Source: the human T2T-CHM13v2.0 reference genome, Homo sapiens. Taken from it: DNA of 64,000 bases. Shown here one piece after another: positions 1-14,056 of the stretch. The number at the start of each line of letters is the position of its first letter. Within the stretch, counting starts at the first letter, position 1. The notes under the pieces were generated by a model that was not told the DNA's origin, made no database searches, and saw nothing but the letters and a program-made list of their open reading frames with translations. A program made the position numbers and the translations under genes. The stretch lies in the NCBI RefSeq assembly GCF_009914755.1, contig NC_060930.1; one strand, 5' to 3'.

Positions 1-99
1 ACCCGGGAGGCAGAGGTTGCAGTGAGCCAAGATTGTGCCACTGCACTCCAGTCTGGGTGACAGAAGGAGACTCTGTCTCAAAAAAAACAAAAAAAAAGA
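1..99 (+). mobile_element. Alu right arm (cut by window start)
   Basis: Alu 3' consensus plus A tail. Confidence 0.9.
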
Positions 100-940
100 A
101 TTTTCTTTAACAAATTATTAGAATTGTTATGTGGAAAGGATTCTGTTTAACTTAGCTAAGAAAATAATTGAACATGGTTAGGCACCGAATCCTTAGCGTC
201 TTTGTTGTGAAAAGTAAATGTAGACTGGACTTAGATTGAAGGAGTGTGCTTAATGAGTTTGACTTCTAGGCTAGGGAAGGTTGTTTTCTATAAAGTAACA
301 GGTCTAGATTTGGGGAAGAAGAATTCTAGTTATGTATATCTTAAACGATAAAGACCCCAAAACCATAGGGATTCCTTTTAAGCCTGGAACCTGTCACTAA
401 ATAAGACTGGCTTCTTTAGTATCAGTCTAATCAGAATAAATGAAGTCTTACATCTCATTGTCTATTCTTTCATTTATTCTTCATCTCTTCACCCTCCCAA
501 TTGACTTCAATAAAGTCATAACTGGAGGTAAGTTATAATAACATCTGTATACAGTGTGGATTGGCTTCACAATGCTAACAAGATGTTTTCTAATCGTTCT
601 GTGAAAGATAGTTGAACCCTTCATGAAGAGAAGGAGCATAACAACATTATAACAGAAGAAGCCATTAGGATAAATTTATAGGTCATGAAAGAAAAGAGTA
701 TTCTCATAGGAGTTTATTTTATCATCATATATTTACTAAGATGACATAAAGAAAAAAGTAGTTAATCTTTTTGTTTTGAAACTGTTTTGATTGAGGGTGC
801 CCTATCCGGAAGTAGGCAAATATACCATAGCTATCCTTCGATGAAGACCTTCTTGGAACTTAAGCATTAAGGAAGATCACATTTGCGAAGGTGGAGTCAG
901 AAGACCTGAGAATGATATCCTTTCCATTCACATTATTTAG

Positions 941-1257
941 AACCAGACACGGTGGCTCACACCTGTAATTCTTTGGAGCCACCAAAGCCTCTCACTTTGG
1001 GAGGCTGAGATGGGTGAATCCCTTGAGCCCAGGAGTTCAAGACCAGCCTGGGCAACATGACAAAACCCTGTCTCAACAAAAATACATTAAAGTTAGCCAG
1101 GCATGGTGGTACACACCTGTAGTCCCAGCTACTCAGGAGGCTAAGGCAGGAGGATCACTTGAGCCCAGGAGGCAGAAGTTATAGTGAGCCGATATTGCAC
1201 CACTGCATTCCAGCCTGGGCGACAGAACAAGACCTTGTCTCAAAAAAAAAAAAAAAA
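941..1257 (+). mobile_element. Alu (J-like)
   Basis: Dimeric Alu consensus with A tail. Confidence 0.9.
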
Positions 1258-1980
1258 GGAGCAACCCATGTAAATAGGTTTTGTAAACAACAAGTTTTTT
1301 TCTGGCCTTTTGATGCTTTGAAGGGAGTGTACCTTTCCTGTGTGGCCATGGGTTTTCCCTTTACCCCATCTCTACTGCAGATGGAAGTAGAGTCCAGCAT
1401 GGCGAGCTTTCTTCTCTGGAGCTACTGGAAAGCTGGTGTGGATTTTCTCTTTTAGCAGTAAGATGAGTGATTTTGTTTTTGACCCAGAAAGAAGCTGGAT
1501 ATATACCCCAGTCTCTTCTGAATACAGGCCACCACTCTATTCCTAGAAAGACAGCATAGAACATGTATAATTTATGATGAGCCTAATTGTGTGCTACACC
1601 CAGCTAGCTGCTGATGTCTGTCCTTTACGCACCATAACATTCCTTCTTGAGAGCATACCGGGCTTTTTTCAAGTGAACCATAGACAAGGGGCAGAAGATT
1701 CTCCCTTTGGCTGGCTCAGCTAAAGACTAAAGTGAGAGAAGACAGAGGACTCTTGTTCCTCTGAGTTTTGCCGTAAATATCACTTGCTCCTTGCTGGATT
1801 GGAGGAAGGGAGGGGCAGAAGACAAGACTATTATCATGATTAGCCTATTTTCTCTTATACATTTATTCAACAAACTTTAAAGGGAACATTTTAAATGTTG
1901 TTGACAGTTACACCTTGGTTACTTTATTTTAAAAAGCATTGTATTCTTTGATTTTTTAATGCAAGGTCTCTCTATTGTAG

Positions 1981-2518
1981 CTGGCTCCTCTCATTCAAAA
2001 AAAACAACTGGCTCTAAAGCATCAGCTTCGCCATCCACTTCATCCACCTCATCTCGTCCCAAAGCTTCAAAGGAGACAGTTTCTAGCAAAGCAGGGACAG
2101 TGGGGACCACCAAGGGCAAGAGAAAAACTGACAAGCAGCCAATAACTTCTCACCTGTCCTCAGACACAACAACTTCTGGCACATCCGACCTGAAAGGAGA
2201 GCCTGCAGAGACCAGAGTGGAGAGTTTCAAACTCGAACAGACTGTCCCTGGAGCTGAGGAGCAGAACACAGGCAAATTCAAGTCCATGGTCCCTCCACCC
2301 CCTGTGGCTCCAGCACCTTCTCCTCTGGCCCCCCCTCTCCCTCTTGAGGATCAGTGCATTACTGCCTCAGACACTCCAGTTGTCCTCGTCAGCGTTGGAG
2401 CTGACCTGCCCGTCTCTGCCTTAGACCCAAGTCAGCTTCTTTGGGCTGAAGAGCCGACGAACAGAACCACTCTCTACTCAGGCACTGGCTTAAGTGTTAA
2501 CAGAGAAAATGCAAAATG
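1981..2518 (+). CDS. PHACTR2: PHACTR2 internal coding exon (538 nt; Ser/Thr/Pro-rich region, AGSSHSKK...NRENAK)
   Basis: Acceptor ttgtAG ends at 1980 and donor TG|GTGAGT starts at 2519. Lies inside ORF 1959-2522. The peptide matches human PHACTR2 as I recall it, and the phase joins the next exon (TG+T=Cys). Confidence 0.96.
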
Positions 2519-4235
2519 GTGAGTTGGGGAACAAACCCCCTATTTTATCTGAGAACTAAAGATCACTAATATATTCTGTTGGAAATGAAGCACCGGGTTT
2601 GCTTTCTTATATAATTTAATCTACTGAGTGTTAGGTAGGCATACATGTGATCCAACCATTGCTTTGTCAGAGCCCTGCCCTGGGAATGCCTAGGGCTGCT
2701 GGAGAAAATTACATTGGTAGAGCTGACAAATACCACTTGAGATCAATGTTTTCAAGTACACTTAGAACCTGCTTCAGCACTGCTCAGCAGTCCACAGTTC
2801 CCTTCTCTTTCCTTTCAGTGCTTATTTTAAATCTTTACTTTACCATTGTGCTTACCTACTCATGTCAGCAAGTTACTGAGCCTTCCCCTTCTCCAAGAAC
2901 ATAAAGAAGATCAGAAGAGAACTCTCAAATTTGAACTCTTTTTTCTCCATCAGTAGAGTTGTCCCCTTTCTTGTTCCTTTAAATTCCCACCCAGCTTAAA
3001 TGTTATGTCCTCTGTGAAGCCATTCAGTACTTCTAGACAGAATTGGTTATTGTGTCTACTATACTTAACCCTGTGGGACAGAATTAGCCAACATGTCTTA
3101 CATAAGACACCTCTGTGTGCCCAGCAACCACTCCAGAGTCTGATATGCCATAGGCACACAAAGGATGCTCATTGAATTGTTGAAAGAAAATAAAAAAGGG
3201 ATTTAAGATGGTTATAGATAAAGTCAGCCTACTTTAACATTGCGGAAGCAGCATTGAAGATAAGATGACCCTATTGCTAGATTTTGTAGAGTATAATGGA
3301 AGATAAAAGATAGTGCTCAAGTAGTCTTAGTTTCATTTAAGAAGGTACCTGAACAAAATGGGCCAAGGAACTCAATGTTACCTCACCCTCATCCAGTTGG
3401 TGGGTTAGTTGCTTTACCACCACCCAGTTGCCCAAGCTGGAAACCTGGGGTTCATCCAAGGGTCCTCATTCTCTTTCATTCTTTGCATTTCATCACTCAC
3501 AAAGTCCTATAAATATTCTACTTACAGGTAAATAAAACATATTAGCCCTGTCTCACGAGTATGAAGGGATGGATGGCTGTCAGAGTATAGTAGACGCAAT
3601 GATAAATTCTGTCTGGCAAAGGCTTAGAGCTCTTGCATCCTGGCTTTTTGCTCCTGAGTCTAAGAACAAAACCTGTATTCATTGTTCAAATCATGTAAAA
3701 GGTTCTCTTTCAAAACAATCTGTCATGTTAGACTTAAAAAAAATTATTACATTAATTAGGTTGGTTTTGGTCAAGAAACTAAAATATCAACTTTAATTCT
3801 TTAATTGCTAATGATAATAACCTTTATTTATTGAATACTCATTTAGTGTCAGGAACTAAGCACTGTACATGTATTATCATTTTATTTACACAAGTCTTCC
3901 CAAAAGTATCCCTGTTTTATAGATAAGAAAACTGGCACTGAGAGAGCTAAAATAGTTTGCACCAGACTGCCCAGTTGGTGGTGGTGAAGCCAGAATGCAT
4001 ACCCAATTCCATGCTCTGAATGAATAATTTCATGTTTTCCAAAGCAGTGGCTTCTACTTCTACTGCCATTTCTCTTCTGTTAGTTTCTTTGGGTTTTTTT
4101 AAGTCATTTTGAGCACCAATATTTGAAGGACAGCCAAGAAAAAATAAATGTCAAATTACAAATTAATTTATTTTCTTTGTTTGACATTTTAATAAAAGAT
4201 ATGGGAAAAGAAGATTTATTGAAATGAACGGTTAT

Positions 4236-4906
<671 letters not shown>

Positions 4907-6643
4907 GCATTCTTAATACTTCCAGCACACAGCAAATGTCTTCATTTAACTATAGTGAGTATTTTCCAACATTGCCATCACTTCCAACCATTAGAACTGA
5001 ACATTCATTCTTACAGCATATATTTTTTGATTGCCTTTTCTGTGCTGGGCAATGTACTAAGCACCAAGGATACAAAAGTGAGCAAGGCAATATAGTTAAG
5101 ACTAGCTTTTACCAAAATATTGTCTGATGTGCCCAGGAAGTATAATGTTTAAGGTAACATCTGAATTTTGGGAACTAGATTGGGTATACAGGATTATTGT
5201 TCAATATACTAAAGAATAAGGTGCAACATGTAAAGTGTTTCCTGATATAGTCTTAAACACTCAGAGAGCTCATATCCAAAGGTGGCCTGACTCTATCCCG
5301 TTCATTTCCACAAATATTTAAGGAGTTCATTTTATTGTGCTAAACAACACACAACATACTAAGGGCTTAATATCAGTCTTCATCTCAAGTATATGAAGAA
5401 CTGTCAGACCAAAGAGGTAAGCATCTGTTCTTCATTCCTACTGGGACTATAATCAGAGGGAGTGAGCTTAGTACATCATTAGCCATTGAGGCTATTTATA
5501 ATAGATATTCCTGTCCATCAAGGTAGTTATAATGCTTTCCTAGAAGAGGCCATAGGGATTTTCTTCTCTGTATATTCTTCAAAATTTAAATTTCAGTTCA
5601 TCCTACAGGGATGGTTTGTGTTTGCTCTTGAATTAATGAACCTGGAGTAAGTAGTCTCTCAAATTTCCTTCCAAATTCCTTCTGCCTTTTTCAAGTGGAT
5701 ATTTGGATTAGAATATCTGGCTCTTAGTCACTTTCTTTACTTAGAACTTTCCTTCTGAGTTATGTTTCATCAACTAATGTGTGAAAATCTTGTCATTTTA
5801 TGAAGAGACTTCTGTTTGGAATACAAATATCAAAACTTTCAAGAAGACAAGTGGCTATGTATAAAAATACCTACCTCTCTTCCCATATGGCAGGGTACTA
5901 ATTATTTGGTAGGCTTCCATTCATGGGCAGCTTCATCAGTAACACATATGTGTGATACAATATAAGGTGAAAACTAATAAGCCCATTTGGAGGCCATATC
6001 CAAAAGGCTACTTTGTACAGTTCATTTTCACAAACATGTATAGAATGCACTATATTGTCCAGTGTGCCCAGGAACCCGAGGGGGAAAAATGAGGGGTAAG
6101 TCATGAGTTGATTAATACAAATTTGGAATATATTTAACATCAGATATAATTTATAACATAACTCATTAAGTGTAAAATATAATAGTATAATAAATGTAAA
6201 ATTTAATAGGTAGACCGAGTCTTCAGTCTGGATTCTAGACAAGACTTGCTACCTTGGTTAGGCAACTCACTCATGGTCTTCTTTGATTCCATGAACTATA
6301 AGTTATCTGCCCTCCTTATACAATAGAATACTTGTAAATTGTAGATGTATGCTGGACTCTTTGAAAACCATGAAACAAAATACAAATAGTAAGATTAGAA
6401 TAATAATCAATATGATAATTAATTAGTGAACAATGACACCAACAAATAAAGGACTCATCTCTCAAATTTGTTCTGTTATTCAGAACATATTATTAATTGG
6501 CATGTATTTTAAACATTCTGTGATCACCCATAATGGCAGCCAATTCAAACAAGAATGGCTTCCAGTGGCAATCAACTAAAAACACAGACTGTGGAAAATT
6601 TTTCCTATAAAAATAGATCTTCTCTTATTTAAGATGAGATTTC

Positions 6644-7250
6644 ACACTGTGGAAAACAGTATGGTGGTTCTTCAAAAAATTAAACATAGAATTACCATGT
6701 GATCCAGCAATTCTACTTCCATGTATATAGCCAAAATAATTGAAAGCAGGCACTTGAATTTGTACACCAGTGCTCAAAGCAGTATTATTCACAATAGCCA
6801 AAAGGTGAAAACATACAGATGTGTATTGATTGGTGAATGGATAAACAAAATGTGTTATATACATAGAGTGGAATATCATTCAGCCTTAAAAAGGAAGCAG
6901 ATTCTCACACATGCTACGACATGAATGAAGGAACCTTGAAGACATTATGCTAAGTGAAGTATGTTACATACAAAAAGACAAACATTGTATAATTTCTCTT
7001 AGAGAAGGTGCTTAGAATAGTCAAATTATAGAGACAAAAAGTAGAATGGTAGTTGCCAATGGCTGGGAGATAATGGTTATGGGGAGTTGTTTAATGGGTA
7101 GAGTTTCAATTTGGGAAGACGAAAAAGTTCTGAAGATGGTTGGTGGTGGTAGTTACACGGTAATGTGAATGTGTCTAATGCCAGTGAACTGTACACTTAA
7201 AACTGGTTAAAATGGCAAATTTTATGTTATGTATATTTTACACAATAAAA
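6644..7250 (+). mobile_element. Old L1 (L1MB-like) 3' fragment
   Basis: ORF2-end/3'UTR motifs (gatccagcaattc, gaatggataaacaaaatgtg); terminal AATAAA; flanking ATGAGATTTC duplication. Confidence 0.8.
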
Positions 7251-7851
7251 ATGAGATTTCCTATTTCCCTGTTTGAGAACAAGAATATAGTCTGTTGGGT
7301 TTTTCTGATAAGTGAGAAACAAAATTTTGACAGTGATCACTCAGGTTTATAACTATGAAGTAGGGTTTTAAATACCTCATATTCTGATAAAGTTTATCTG
7401 TGTTTATTGCTGGAAGAACTTTTTACCAGAAAGCAATTTGGGGGATCTTTGTGTCTTAAAATGAAGATTACATTATTTTTGATGTGATGTTTTTATGTAA
7501 ATTACTATGTATTTTTTAGTCTAGTCTTTGAAAATTGGCAATCTTTGTACATTAATAGTAACTCTTTAAATCATAGACTTTTACTAGGCTAAATAATAGA
7601 AAATTATTGCATCCTTGCATATCACCTTTTTTCTTTCTTTCTTTCTTTTTTTTTTTTTTTTGAGATGGAGTCTCGCTCTGTCACCCAGGCTAGAGTCATA
7701 TTACCTTTTTTCTAAAAAGTGTATTTAACTTGCACATTGTCTGTTATGTTACAAGAGGCAGTTTTAAAAATGAAAACACACATAGGATAAATGAGTTTTT
7801 ACTATTTACATATTGGGATAAAAGCAGGATTAATTCATATATGTACTTTAC

Positions 7852-7908
<57 letters not shown>
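7852..7908. repeat. (TA)n microsatellite
   Basis: Seen directly. Confidence 0.95.
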
Positions 7909-7909
<1 letters not shown>

Positions 7910-7911
7910 GC

Positions 7912-8507
<596 letters not shown>

Positions 8508-8931
8508 TGAGAAGGCAGAGAAGCAATGGGTGGTCAAGATGTAGTATGCTAAGCACTCTAGCGGGATCGTCTTCAGGTCCCCATGGGACAGACGTGGGGG
8601 CAAGGAATTAAACTGAAGGTCCATGAAAGCTTCCTGAAGGAGCTGAGGCTGTAGCTGACACTTGAAGGAAAAAATAATTTGCAAAATGTAGTTTTACCCT
8701 ATTTGTTTGCTAAATGTATCAGATACCAAGCGTTTGCATTTTACAGATGAAAAATGTAAAACCTTGAGAATTAAGGTTTCATTTCAGTGACTTTAGCCTG
8801 GCCTATGTCAAGTGTCTGCTTTCCTCAGCCTGAAGGAAGCCCATGAAACTAGAGCTCTTTTTCTTAGTGTCAGTGCCGCCAAGGGTTGTTCTGAGCTTCA
8901 CATCACTCCCATGCTTTTCTGCCTTTAACAG

Positions 8932-9131
8932 TTTCACAACCAAAGAGGAGCTGGGGAAGACAGTGCCTCAGCTACTGACTCCTGGGCTGATGGGCGAATC
9001 TTCAGAATCCTTTAGTGCCTCAGAAGATGAAGGCCACAGGGAATACCAAGCCAATGACTCTGACTCGGACGGGCCTATCTTGTACACCGATGATGAGGAC
9101 GAAGACGAAGATGAGGATGGCAGTGGAGAAA
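8932..9131 (+). CDS. PHACTR2: PHACTR2 coding exon (200 nt; FTTKEELG...DEDEDEDGSGE acidic tract)
   Basis: Acceptor ttctgcctttaacAG ends at 8931; donor A|GTAAGA at 9132; frame continuous with both neighbours. Confidence 0.96.
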
Positions 9132-9614
9132 GTAAGACTGTTTTCAAGAGGCAGGGAGGAGCGTGGGTGATAAGCAGAAGCAGCTGCAGTTTATAAAGAA
9201 TAAAAGCCTCATTAGGAACCAGACATCTGATGTTTTCTTTCCCCTCATCCTCCTTTCTCAAATTAGAAATGTGTATATCCTAAAGTTTAGCTTTTGATGG
9301 GAGGCCTTTCCAGAAGATGATGTCACATGGCTGGATCTGGCCTTTGTCGATGAGCTAGATGAGCTAGATGTGCTAGATGTGCATATTAGTATTTGTGCTG
9401 AGAATCAAAGCTTTCTAATAACAGAGACCTTTCTCACTATGACCAAAGAGAGCCCTTCCACTCTGGGCCTGTTGTTGAAGAAAGAAAGTCAGTGCAGATT
9501 CATAGGCTTACTCATTGGAGGTGTTTGAAATTTTCACTCGCTTTTGTACTGGGGTTTATAGAAAGGGGAAGGAGGAATGAGTCAAGAATGCCAAATACCT
9601 CATTAGCATTAAGA

Positions 9615-9937
<323 letters not shown>

Positions 9938-10005
9938 TCATACTTCCACAATAAGTAAGATAGTAGGCCTTCTAGGAAATAATAATATCATTTATGTATT
10001 AAAAA

Positions 10006-10045
10006 TAATGGCAAAAACCACAATTACTTTTGCATCAACCTAATA
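10006..10045. mobile_element. Half MADE1 / solo Hsmar1 terminal inverted repeat
   Basis: taatggcaaaaaccacaattacttttgcatcaacctaata matches the Hsmar1 TIR ending in TA. Confidence 0.8.
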
Positions 10046-10731
10046 TAACTTAGAGATATGGAAAGTGCTTTTATTTTTTTTTAACTTTGTGCTGGATAAC
10101 ATGGGAGGGATTCACTGTGGACTGAATTTGTAGATTATGGCAAGTTATTACTATATTAGTGATTAAATGGCACTTTTTCAAATCCCTTTTAATTTGCATG
10201 GAGCAAAAAAAAAAAAAACCATTATCATCCATGTGGTGTTACTTATCATTTGTTGAAATTTTCAGGATTCTGGGGTAATTAAGGGTTAAACATTGGTAGA
10301 CTCTGCCAGGATGGCGTCTGAGTAGAGGAAAGGAGGAGACAAGGATTAACTGTACAGAATAAAAGCAAAAGAACTAAGTTTTTTAAACTTGAAAAAGAAA
10401 CAGAATTGTGCAATAATTCATTTCTATGATCCACCCTCTCAGCAAAATAAACTGCAGCTATCACTTTCCAAACGATGAAGTGACACTTCTAAGTTTTTTC
10501 ATGGTGTCCCAATATTTTTCAGAACATTAAAAAGAAATAGCGCTTCAGTCCTCTCAAAATGAACTGCATCCAACTCAAAGTCTTTTTTTCCTTAGGTTAA
10601 TTAAGATTCTCCTCCTGCATGAGGAGAAAGAATTTGGTCTGGGCTCTATTTAAAGTCCATGCCATGTGTAACCTGAGTGCCACTGGCTAAAAGCCTCTCT
10701 CTCTGCATTTCTGCTCTTTTTCAATCCTCAG

Positions 10732-10888
10732 GTGCTTTGGCAAGTAAAATACGCCGGAGGGATACTCTTGCTATCAAACTTGGCAACAGACCATCTAAGA
10801 AAGAACTAGAGGACAAAAACATCTTGCAGCGTACATCTGAAGAAGAGAGGCAGGAAATCCGACAACAAATTGGAACCAAGTTAGTCAG
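10732..10888 (+). CDS. PHACTR2: PHACTR2 coding exon (157 nt; RPEL motif [20 protein letters not shown])
   Basis: Pyrimidine-rich acceptor ...tcctcAG ends at 10731; donor AG|GTAATT at 10889; RPxxxEL motif. Confidence 0.97.
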
Positions 10889-11099
10889 GTAATTGCTAAC
10901 ATTTTAGGACAGTACTGACTAATTTGTATTTTTCTCCCTCCCAAAGCTTCCTACCTAACTGGGGTCATTGTGAATTCCTTATGTACAGATACATCTGGCC
11001 TACTGGGTCTTTTAAAGTTGGTCTTGCATGATGAAACACTCGAAGAACCTGTCCTTTGGCCCAGCTAGCCAGTGGCTTTGAGGTCACCAAAGCCTATTC

Positions 11100-11315
11100 C
11101 AGGAGTCAAAAACTTTTTTTTAAAGACCAGTTGGCAAACATTTCAGGCTTTGCTGGCCAGACAGTCTCTGTTGCAGCTACTCAACTGCGCTGCTGTAGCA
11201 TAAAAGCAGCCATAAATAATAGATAAACAAATGAGTGTGGCCATGTTCCAATAAAACTTTATTTATTCATAAAGCTGGATTTGGCCTGCAGATCACAGTT
11301 TGCTCAACAATCCTG
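11100..11315. mobile_element. MER58A-like hAT MITE
   Basis: gtctctgttgcagctactcaact...gttccaataaaactttattta signature. Confidence 0.75.
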
Positions 11316-12544
11316 GCCTAATTTATGGACTCACTAGCATTCCTGGGAATGCCATGAGGTTCTGCCCTGTGGACTGTGAGACTGCAGAAATATTATTTGC
11401 CTTCAATGGTCTGCCTCCATCCAAGTCAGGTAGCCTTAACCCTCATATCTGAACATCCCTCTTCCAACTTCAAGTAAATGGATCATCTGACATCTCTTCC
11501 TGCCTCCAACCATTGTATAGGATTTTTGCTTTTGCCACTGGTGACTTTACAAGTCCCTTTAACTGGCAGTTTTAATAGAAGTGAGCATTCATGCCAGAGG
11601 TCTTATTTTTGATGATCAGTTTAAGCACATGTAAGAATTAGTTGTTCTGCTGACTTGTCTTACTCTGCATACACAACAGGGTGCATAACTGGGAGAAAGG
11701 AACTGTCTAGAATCCCAGAGCAGGATTTGGAGGTGGGGGGAAAATTGCTGTCCTTGCTTGGAAGTGGTATAACTGGAGGCAGGATTGGCATGGAGGCTGC
11801 TGACCATTTCTCCAGAGGAAGAGTAACCCCTAAGGCACCTCCTTACAGCTGAGTTGTGCAGAAAGGTGTCAGAGACAGCAGCTGTGGCATCTATCTGAAG
11901 GAAAAGCACAGCCTACCAGGGAACCTCGGGGGAGGCTTAGAGGGTCTCTCTGTTCTGTAAACCCTCTTGCGACTCTGGAAGAAATTTGGGAATGTTTACC
12001 AGTGGTCTCTCTCGCTCTCGTCTTCTTAATTCAGCCCTAACCTGTGACCATTTCTGGCTTCGGGAAAAAGCCAGCAGAAGCAAGAGGGACTAACGTGATT
12101 AATGGTATCGAGCTGGAAAAACCTACAGTTCTAAACTTGCCATCTTACCAAGGAAAAACAAGGGGCCTCTCTGAGGCCCAGAGAGATTAAGGAAATGTCT
12201 CAAGGACAGACATGCAGTTACTGAGTAGCAGAACCAGAATTAGAATTTCGCTCCTGGGCTCTCTGCCCAATTTTCTTTTGTATACTGTCTCCTGTTTTGT
12301 ACTTTCTACTCTATGTAAGAGAGTATATGCTTCTAGGTTTTCTGATTGTTTTATTACTCTTGTTTATGTTTTACTATGAAGAAGAATGTAAATCATTGAA
12401 TAATATTTGCATAAAATAATAATAGTGTTATCATAGTAAGGAGTAAAAAAGTGTGAAGTATCCTATACCCACCTCAATAAATGTCAAAGTAGCAGTAAAG
12501 AAAATTTTGTAAGTTTTTGTTAAAATCCTAAACAAACGAGGAGT

Positions 12545-12800
12545 TGTAATCCCAGCACTTTGGGAGGCCAAGGCAGGCAGATCACCTGAGGTCAGGAGTT
12601 CAAGACCGGCCTGGCCAACATGGCGAAATACCGTTTCTACTAAAAATACAAATATTAGCCAGCTATGATGACTGGCACCTGTAATCCCAGCTACTCAGGA
12701 GGCTGAGGCAGTAATTTTGGAGGCAGAGGTTGCAGTGAGCCGAGATTGTACCACTGCACACCAGCCTGGGCAACAGAGTGAGACTCCATCTCAAAAAAAA
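12545..12800 (+). mobile_element. Alu (S-like)
   Basis: Alu consensus. Confidence 0.88.
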
Positions 12801-13187
12801 TGTAAAAATAAATTTAAAAAATATATACTAAATATCTTACTATAGGGAGAAACCCTAAAGTCATTTCCTTTAAAAACAGAAGCAAAGAAAAATTCCTTAA
12901 CCTTACTGTGCTAAAAGTCTGGTCACAATTATTTGTGGTGAAGAAAAGGTATAAATTGTAGGAAAGATATACTGTTATTATACATGGTTGTATACCTAGA
13001 AAGCTCTAAAAACTGACCCAAAATTGCTATATATAATGATTTCAGCAGGTTTGCTTGATGTAAGATTAACCTATAAAAATCAACATTATGTTTATATAAC
13101 ATTGTTACATAGAAGAAAATACAATGAAAAAGGGAGATTGCGTTCACGGCATAGCAACAACCGCATTTTAAATACTTAACTATTCAC

Positions 13188-13844
13188 AGGCAGAAGTCCG
13201 TAGTCAGGTACCTAGCTAACATCCAGGCCGATCTGTTGCTAGAAGGAAAGGAGACTGTGTAATGGGGGTCAGTGAGCAGCCTCAGCCATGATCTGTAGGC
13301 CCACACATACCTGGTTTGAACCACTGCAGTTTTTGGTCTCTGCTACAGCTTAGCTTATAGTCTAATTAATATATAGCTCATTAGGGTCTAAAATAGGATG
13401 CTGTGCCTGGCCAGGTAATCTTAATATTACTGTCACATGACACTCCCCAGGTAGGTGAGCGATCCAGTATGGTGGGAGCATGGCTCCTTGAAGTCTGCCT
13501 GGCAGCCCCATTCCTTCTGTCTTGCTGCTCTCCCATCCCCTAGATGGTCTCAGCTGCATGATCAAAGCTGGCTCACACCATCATGCTGAAGTTCTAGCCT
13601 GTGGAAAAAGGAAAGAGAAAGAAGGGAGCATGCACCCAGGCATTTTAAGGATGAGAAGGGGAAGTAACAAACATCATTCTGCTCACATCCCATTGCAGAA
13701 ACTCAGTCACAGCACGATACCTGGCTTCTAGGGAGGCAGAAGTCTGTAGTCAGGTACCTAGCTAACATCCAGGCCGCTCTGTTGCTAAAAGGAAAGGAGA
13801 CTGTGTAATGGGGGTCGGTGAGCAGCCTCAGCCATGATCTGTAG
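13188..13844 (+). repeat. 111-bp direct repeat pair (13188-13298 and 13734-13844), 4 mismatches; intervening sequence is MLT1-like
   Basis: Direct alignment of the two copies by eye. Confidence 0.92.
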
Positions 13845-14000
13845 TCTCCAAACTAATGGGAAGGAGACTTTTATTTTGCAGCTTTAAAAATGGATTTTTA
13901 TTTCTCAAAACATGAAAAATAGAGCTTTGTTGTTTTATTCTGAGTCTCCTACTAGGGTACCTTGTTTTTAACCTGTAATATATCCTTTTTGTCATCATAG

Positions 14001-14056
14001 GAGGCTGAGCCAGAGGCCCACAACTGAAGAATTAGAGCAAAGAAACATCCTAAAAC
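14001..14056 (+). CDS. PHACTR2: PHACTR2 coding exon (56 nt; RPEL motif RLSQRPTTEELEQRNILK)
   Basis: Acceptor tttttgtcatcatAG ends at 14000; donor C|GTGAGT at 14057; translated by hand (not in the ORF track). Confidence 0.96.

Noticed and set aside
3515-3535. AG|GT recursive-splice-like sites (3527; also 46315)
   Set aside because: Weak pyrimidine tract or weak donor, and these introns are short compared with those typically spliced recursively
8968-9261. Antisense poly-Ser ORF
   Set aside because: Mirror of the Asp/Glu codon run in the PHACTR2 exon
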